DNA from: Candidatus Delongbacteria bacterium
Lineage (GTDB): Bacteria > UBA4055
Reading direction: 5' to 3'
Assembly: GCA_016937995.1 (NCBI GenBank)
Contig: JAFGVM010000016.1
Span: 101,224-165,223, forward strand
Length of the DNA: 64,000 nt
The position numbers and the translations under genes were made by a program. A model generated the notes under the pieces. That model made no database searches. It saw only the letters and a list, made by a program, of their open reading frames with translations, and had not been told where the DNA came from. Of the stretch, positions 58,825 to 64,000 are shown one piece after another. Numbering within the stretch: position 1 is the stretch's first letter; each line of letters begins with the position of its first letter.

Positions 58825-59720
58825 TCCCCTTTCGGATGTGCTTTTTTATATACTGCTTTCAATCTTTCCAGTGAGACATGAGTATATACCTGTGTCGTTG
58901 ACAGACTTTCATGCCCTAGAAGCTCTTTAACTGTCATAATATCAGCTCCCTGATCAAGCATATGCGTCGCAAAAGTATGTCGTAAAATATGAGGTGATGT
59001 CTTATTCACTGTTGCCAGTCTTTTCAGTTTATCTCTGACGATCCTCTGTATCTGTCTTTTTGACAGGTGTTTTCCATTTTGCGAAATAAACAGATAATCG
59101 GTCTCATTTTCATTCTCAGATAAAATATCTTTTCTGAATGACAGATATATTCTGTATTTCCTTTTTATATGATCAGAAACAGGCAGTATTCTCTGCTTGG
59201 AACCCTTTCCAAATACAGATATAGTACCTTTTGTGTGATTTATCGTGTAAACTGTCATATCATAAAGTTCACTGAGACGGATCCCTGTACCATAAAAAAA
59301 TTCAAATATCAGACTTTCCCTTGCTGAGAAGAAATCTCCCTCATCAAAGCTTTCCATAATATTTTTCATCTGCACTGTACTTACGAATTCAGGCAATCTT
59401 TGCTCAGTTCTGATAGAATTTATCGTAGAACCAACATCTTTTTCAATAATATTATTTCTGAACAGGTAATTGAAAAAGCTTTTGAATGAGGCGATCCTTC
59501 TGTTGTAGGTTTTCTTTGAAAGTTTTTTTAATACCATATCTCTCAGATATGGCCTGATCTTTTCCTTTGTGATCTCTTTAATGTTCAGATCAACCTCAGA
59601 TCTTTTGTAAATGTATTCATAAAGGTCCAACAGATCAGTTCTGTAACCTTTTATAGTATTTTGAGAATAATTTCTTTCGTTATTCAAATATTTTAAGAAC
59701 TCTTCAATAAGATCTTTCAT
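58821..59720 (-). CDS. xerD: Site-specific tyrosine recombinase, XerC/XerD family.
   Basis: The C-terminal HILRHTFATHMLDQGADIMTVKELLGHESLSTTQVYTHV is the canonical Xer catalytic box (R..H..R..Y). 299 aa, Xer-sized rather than phage-integrase-sized. Confidence 0.8.
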   Translation of the reverse strand: MKDLIEEFLKYLNNERNYSQNTIKGYRTDLLDLYEYIYKRSEVDLNIKEITKEKIRPYLRDMVLKKLSKKTYNRRIASFKSFFNYLFRNNIIEKDVGSTINSIRTEQRLPEFVSTVQMKNIMESFDEGDFFSARESLIFEFFYGTGIRLSELYDMTVYTINHTKGTISVFGKGSKQRILPVSDHIKRKYRIYLSFRKDILSENENETDYLFISQNGKHLSKRQIQRIVRDKLKRLATVNKTSPHILRHTFATHMLDQGADIMTVKELLGHESLSTTQVYTHVSLERLKAVYKKAHPKGE

Positions 59721-59954
59721 AACGCTGAATCTTCAATAGTTTTGCTAAAAAATAATTATACCTAATCTTCACAGATAAAACAATTCAAAAATATTGATTT
59801 TTAAAGATAAATAAATTTTGAGTGTGTAATTTCCAGACTTCTCAAAAACGAGTAATACAAGGAGAAACATTTTTTATAAGTGGAGTTTAGTGACCTGAAC
59901 GATACGAAATAAAAAATAATTAGAAGCCGTAATACGAAGTTTCTCAGAAGTCAA

Positions 59955-59990
59955 AAAAAAAATAGAGCAGGAATTCCTACTCTATTTTTG
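59955..59990 (-). terminator. Rho-independent terminator immediately 3' of tRNA-Ser(GCU).
   Basis: On the minus strand: TAGAGTAGGAATTCCTGCTCTA hairpin followed by T10. Confidence 0.55.
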
Positions 59991-60077
59991 CGGGGAACAC
60001 AGGATTCGAACCTGCGGAAGGGTTACCCCTTCAACAGTTTAGCAAACTGCCGCTTTAAGCCTCTCAGCCAATTCCCC
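59991..60077 (-). tRNA. tRNA-Ser (anticodon GCU), class II with long variable arm. No CCA encoded.
   Basis: Manual fold of the reverse complement: GGGGAAT-TG-GCT...AGC-G-GCAGT-TTGCTAA-ACTGT, variable arm GAAGGGGTAACCCTTC, T arm GCAGG-TTCGAAT-CCTGT, acceptor 3' GTTCCCC, discriminator G. Confidence 0.75.
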
Positions 60078-60085
60078 GTTTAGAA

Positions 60086-60195
60086 TCAAGAGTGTTTATG
60101 CTCTTGAATTCTTTTATTTTAGGATCAAGAGTGAAGTTATGAACTCTTAATTCTAAAATCCTATGTAAACAAGAGTGTTTTTGCGAACACTCTTG
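60086..60195. repeat. Three related stem-loops (each containing CAAGAGTG / CACTCTTG) in the spacer between the two tRNA-Ser genes.
   Basis: Hairpins at 60086-60107 (TCAAGAG-N8-CTCTTGA), 60127-60148 (AAGAGT-N10-ACTCTT) and 60170-60195 (CAAGAGTGTT-TTTGCG-AACACTCTTG). Read directly. Confidence 0.5.
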
Positions 60196-60204
60196 AAATC
60201 TCAG

Positions 60205-60288
60205 CGGAGGATGAGGGACTCGAACCCCCAAGGGCGCAAACCCGGCGGTTTTCAAGACCGCTGCCTTACCAATTAGGACTAATCCTCC
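60205..60288 (-). tRNA. tRNA-Ser (anticodon UGA), class II. No CCA encoded.
   Basis: Reverse complement folds as GGAGGAT-TA-GTC...GGC-A-GCGGT-CTTGAAA-ACCGC, variable arm GGGTTTGCGCCC, T arm GGGGG-TTCGAGT-CCCTC, acceptor 3' ATCCTCC, discriminator G. Confidence 0.75.
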
Positions 60289-60314
60289 GTTCTCGTGGAG
60301 AGACCTCCGCTTTT

Positions 60315-60353
60315 GAGAATGCAAAGATAATGCATTTTTGAAAACTTGTCAAG
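60315..60353 (-). promoter_or_regulatory. Sigma-70-like promoter candidate for the tRNA-Ser pair.
   Basis: Minus strand reads TTGACA-N17-TATCTT about 30 nt upstream of the tRNA-Ser(UGA) 5' end. The FCB lineage may use a different consensus, hence low confidence. Confidence 0.3.
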
Positions 60354-60404
60354 AAATTTTGACAGGTAAAATTACAAATTTTTTACATTTTAAAAAATTA
60401 ATTC

Positions 60405-61274
60405 TTAATTCAGTTTTTCAAGCTTGACCAATGCACCGGCGACCCATGTCGGTTTAGGTTTTTCATAAATTATGCTCATATCATCGCTGACAACATCCAG
60501 TATTTCACTCTTAAATGATCCAATTAAATATCTGAGTACCTGACCGACATCCCTTGCATCACTTTTACTTTTGACACTGAATTCATTATATGCCGAATAG
60601 TCACCTTTTGAAAGTATATCCAACCCTTTGTTTATGGTAATTTCAGCAAGTTGAAGACCACCTTGTTCAGGTTCTAGTGCCAACCCGATCGGATCACCAT
60701 ATCCCGCACCATGATGAAAAAGATCACCTGTAGCAACAATTACCGCATTGCTGAATTGAGCTTTCAGCTCTTGCATCCCCGGTATCTTATCAGGTGAACC
60801 TCCTGCTAAATATGGGTATCTTAAGATTAATTCAGGAGATTTAACATTTCTTCTTTTGATCTCCTCGTTCCAAAGAAATAAGAAATTTAGCAAAGAGAAT
60901 TCGTTTTCCCATTCTTTTCTAAAATCTAATCCCGGACCCTGGATTCCCCAGAAAACTTCTTTTTTAGGATCACCACCGTATGCAACACGTTTTCTGGCAT
61001 CATCAAGTTCTTTCGTTAATGCGTGTAGAACTCCAAGTACGATCACCTTATCTTTTCCACTGTTCAAACAGGCATGAACAACCGCAGCTGTCTGATGACC
61101 GCAAATTTCTATATTACTATGTGGGAATATTAATGATCCTCCTGATCTAAGCACGTCAGCAAGATCCCATTTCATACCCTCATTTAAAATTTCGTCAATT
61201 TGTTCTTTTTTTAAGTTAGAATGCCTTTTTATGGCTTCCTGTTTGAAATCAGGTATAATATTTTCCATATTCAC
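60405..61274 (-). CDS. Hypothetical protein with His-rich motifs (possibly Memo/LigB-like metal-dependent enzyme).
   Basis: 289 aa. FPHSNIEICGHQTAAVVH and DLFHHGAGYGD blocks suggest metal-coordinating His clusters. No confident family assignment. Confidence 0.3.
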   Translation of the reverse strand: MNMENIIPDFKQEAIKRHSNLKKEQIDEILNEGMKWDLADVLRSGGSLIFPHSNIEICGHQTAAVVHACLNSGKDKVIVLGVLHALTKELDDARKRVAYGGDPKKEVFWGIQGPGLDFRKEWENEFSLLNFLFLWNEEIKRRNVKSPELILRYPYLAGGSPDKIPGMQELKAQFSNAVIVATGDLFHHGAGYGDPIGLALEPEQGGLQLAEITINKGLDILSKGDYSAYNEFSVKSKSDARDVGQVLRYLIGSFKSEILDVVSDDMSIIYEKPKPTWVAGALVKLEKLN

Positions 61275-61344
61275 CTCTCATGGTTTTCTACTTACAATTT
61301 AAACATAAACTTTTTAATTTGTTATAATTTTATTGTTCGGTTAA

Positions 61345-62486
61345 ATTTGAACATGGAAATAATTGAGAATGTATATATTCATATCCCTTTTTGTGATAGT
61401 AAATGTCCATATTGTGATTTTTACTCGATCACAACACAAGATAATTCCATAAAAAACAAATATGTCAGTAAATTGCTCGAGGAAATTGAACAATACTGTG
61501 ATATTATCTCACCAAATATTAGATCTGTTTATATCGGGGGAGGAACTCCTAACTCTCTTGATGCTCTCAGTCTGGAAAACTTACTTACCGGTTTATTAAA
61601 CCAGATCCATCTTGCAGAGGGCTACGAATTTACAGTAGAAGTAAATCCGGGATCTGTTACTGAAGAAAAATTAAAATTATTCAAAGAATTTGGGATTAAC
61701 CGATTATCTGTCGGATCTCAGACATTTTTAAAGAAAGAGTTGAAAACATTGGGAAGGACACATTCTCCTCAGGATATATTTAGAACTTTTAATACTGCAA
61801 GAAAACTGGGGTTTAACAATATAAATTTAGATCTTATTTTTTCTATTCCAGGACAAACAATCAATTCCCTGATCTATACTTTGAATAAGCTTGCCGAACT
61901 GGATCCTGAACATATATCCGCCTATATGCTGACATATTATGAAGGAACAGAATTTTACAGAAGATCGGTAAAAAAAGATCTCATAAAAATTGTTGATGAT
62001 ATTGAAGTGGAATATTATGACTTTGTTAAGGAATTCTTAGGATCAAAAGGTTTTGAGCATTATGAATTATCGAATTTTTCTAAAAAAAATAAAATGTCGA
62101 ACCACAATCTTAACACATGGAATTTTGGAGCTTACATTGGACTGGGTACTTCCGCCCATTCATTTTATTTAGACTCACGTTGGTTCAACGATAACAATGT
62201 AAAGAATTACATTGATTTAAAATTCAATAAATATCCAAATAGATCGACCCTAAGTCTTACAGACAAAAAGAATGAGTATATCATGCTCGGGTTAAGAAAA
62301 ACCAGTGGTATTTCACTTGAAAACTACAATAACTTTTTTGGTAATACTATTGATTTTGATTTTAGGAAAAAAATCGGGAAATATCTTGAAAATAATTATT
62401 TAATACTGGACGAAAGCAGGCTTTATTTAAATCCCGAGAAGATAAACATTTACAATTCGATCGTATCAGACATTTTACTGGATTGA
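61345..62486 (+). CDS. hemW: Radical SAM family heme chaperone HemW (HemN-like). The start is taken at the internal Met; the listed ORF begins upstream at 61221.
   Basis: MEIIENVYIHIPFCDSKCPYCDFYS is the CxxxCxxC radical-SAM cluster in the HemN/HemW context. IGGGTPN. ~380 aa with HemN_C-like tail. Confidence 0.8.
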
Positions 62487-62492
62487 CCTTCT

Positions 62493-62795
62493 TTAGATCT
62501 CGTAATCCACAACATGATGATCTTCAGTGACATTATCAATATATTCTCTTACTATCACGTGCTTGGGATGTCTAAGATAATGATCCAGATCAGCCCTATT
62601 ATCAAATTCTGAGTAAAGAACAATATCGTATGAAGAAGGAGAATTTGAAAAATTCATACCCACTTCAAATTTCTTTATCTCAAATATATTTGGTTTGAGG
62701 CTTTCTAATCTTCTTTTTACTTCCATTGCATTGCCGATCTTCAATGCAACATCAGAGTCTTTTTTCATACTCCACATTACTATATGCTTGATCAT
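62493..62795 (-). CDS. Dabb (stress-responsive A/B-barrel) domain protein.
   Basis: 100 aa. MIKHIVMWSMKKD...EFDNRADLDHYLRHPKHV is a typical Dabb pattern. Confidence 0.6.
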   Translation of the reverse strand: MIKHIVMWSMKKDSDVALKIGNAMEVKRRLESLKPNIFEIKKFEVGMNFSNSPSSYDIVLYSEFDNRADLDHYLRHPKHVIVREYIDNVTEDHHVVDYEI

Positions 62796-62826
62796 ATATC
62801 CTCCGATTACTTTTTAATGAATATTA

Positions 62827-63468
62827 CTATTTGGCTTTTTTATCACCCCAGATAAGTTTATGCAACTGTATCTGATATCTTACATTCAATTCATCACTCA
62901 ATATTTTTTCCGCGAATTCTTCATCTGATATATTTGAGTTAAAAACTCTTGATACCAGTATTGAGCGATCAGTTTCTAAATTGTTTTTTTTTATAATATC
63001 CTTCATTTCATTATAATCAAAAAAGTCCGATAAAACAAACTTTATTTCATCTTTTTTTGTAAGAATTTTAAAATTTTCCGTTAAAAAAGAGTCTGATTCT
63101 CCTGAACTGTGGAGTTTAATATCAACAATTTTGACAACTTCATCGGGAATATTCTTCAAGGAAATTGATCCATTCGTTTCCAGTAATATTTTGTATTCCC
63201 TGGCGATCAATTGTTCGATCAAAGGTATCAATTCATCTTTTTGTAGCAGAGGTTCCCCACCGGTGAACTCTATCAAATTAGTGTTAAATTTTTCAATGAT
63301 CTTAAGAAGTTCTTCGGCACTGTGATCTTCACCTTCGTAGTATGCATATGCAGTATCACACCAACTGCATCTTAAATTACAGCCAGATAATCTTACGAAA
63401 GTACAGGGAAGTCCCATGTATGAGGACTCTCCCTGTAACGATCTAAATATCTCATTAACTTTGATCAT
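62827..63468 (-). CDS. queE: 7-carboxy-7-deazaguanine synthase QueE (radical SAM).
   Basis: MIKVNEIFRSLQGESSYMGLPCTFVRLSGCNLRCSWCDT is the diagnostic QueE N-terminus with the CxxxCxxC cluster. 213 aa. Confidence 0.85.
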   Translation of the reverse strand: MIKVNEIFRSLQGESSYMGLPCTFVRLSGCNLRCSWCDTAYAYYEGEDHSAEELLKIIEKFNTNLIEFTGGEPLLQKDELIPLIEQLIAREYKILLETNGSISLKNIPDEVVKIVDIKLHSSGESDSFLTENFKILTKKDEIKFVLSDFFDYNEMKDIIKKNNLETDRSILVSRVFNSNISDEEFAEKILSDELNVRYQIQLHKLIWGDKKAK

Positions 63469-63477
63469 ATACGATGA

Positions 63478-64000
63478 CTAGTAAATTTCATTTTCCTTAT
63501 CAAAGACCAGATTGACAAATTTATCATTTTTCAGATCTGAATTTTCGTTGACAGAAACCAACCCCTTAAGGTTTTTAGATGTGCTTACAGTGTTAAATAT
63601 CATCTCAGGTCCTGAACGAACTATGTAATTGAAAGAATTTACTTTAATGTCCTGATTATTGTCAGGGTCCATCAAGTCTTTAATTTTATCAAGCATACTT
63701 TGATATTCGTCCGTTCTATCTGTTGGTACAAGAATAAGGTTATTCGTGAAGACCTTATTCTTTATGACCATATCCACCTCTGCTTTCTCAAAAGGAATAA
63801 GAAATATTATTGGTGAATCTGTTGAAAATTTCTTATAGAACTCGTACTCATCAACAAAAGGTTCCACGTTCTGAATACTTCTAATGAACAGCTCTTTATC
63901 CTCAAAGTGATCTCCCCAGCTTGATCCGAAATTAAGCAACTTGTTAATTTCTTTGTTAACAAGACTGAACGTTGAATCCCCTGAAACGATCGGATAATTT
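63478..64000 (-). CDS. Hypothetical protein. Partial: the frame stays open through the window end, and the listed start is a TTG, probably internal.
   Basis: Manual extension of the reading frame upstream of 63939 shows no stop before position 64000. No recognisable motif. Confidence 0.3.
   Translation of the reverse strand, partial: NYPIVSGDSTFSLVNKEINKLLNFGSSWGDHFEDKELFIRSIQNVEPFVDEYEFYKKFSTDSPIIFLIPFEKAEVDMVIKNKVFTNNLILVPTDRTDEYQSMLDKIKDLMDPDNNQDIKVNSFNYIVRSGPEMIFNTVSTSKNLKGLVSVNENSDLKNDKFVNLVFDKENEIY

Noticed and set aside
58821-59720. Prophage or integrative element integrated at tRNA-Ser.
   Set aside because: The recombinase has Xer size and signature. The flanking genes are core-like. 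No att-type direct repeat of the tRNA 3' end was observed.
60064-60324. 86-aa minus-strand ORF.
   Set aside because: It overlaps both tRNA-Ser genes and the hairpin spacer. It is non-coding.

Overview
This is a low-GC, gene-dense bacterial chromosomal window. Its type IX secretion content points to the FCB superphylum (Bacteroidota-like or Cloacimonadota-like), not a Proteobacterium or Firmicute.

Recognisable housekeeping genes include tsaD, nadA, tsaC, tag, dnaX-ybaB-recR, truA, sppA, purE, two glutamate dehydrogenases, meaB, dxr, xerC/D-like, hemW and queE. The window also holds tRNA-Arg(CCU) and two tRNA-Ser genes, both tRNA-Ser genes on the minus strand.

The 5' ~12.5 kb is an envelope/secretion locus. 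It contains a partial PorV-like gene, two large secreted proteins with canonical T9SS C-terminal sorting domains, a lipoprotein, and a 1285-aa CarboxypepD_reg/TonB-plug-like barrel with a long acidic insert. Further T9SS-associated genes are scattered elsewhere: a PorQ-like barrel and a glutaminyl cyclase.

Two things stand out most:
- **38.4-47.2 kb cluster.** Three paralogous proteins are built around a pyruvate-phosphate-dikinase/PEP-synthase-type ATP-grasp (PPDK_N) domain, each with a degenerate, apparently His-less 'swivel'-like C-terminal module. One is fused to tandem receiver-like domains. One is fused to a C-terminal polymerase-beta-type nucleotidyltransferase. One is co-oriented 18 bp behind a glutamate dehydrogenase gene. 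A metallophosphoesterase sits inside the cluster.
- **31.05-31.32 kb.** tRNA-Arg(CCU) is followed immediately by about 3.7 tandem copies of a 54-bp unit. Each unit begins with the tRNA's own T-stem/acceptor 3' segment.

Smaller observations:
- An ABC-2-permease/CPBP-protease fusion protein.
- An EcfT-like orphan next to truA.
- Three related hairpins between the two tRNA-Ser genes.
- Homopolymeric T tracts in a divergent promoter.

All calls come from reading motifs in the supplied translations and the DNA. No searches were run.
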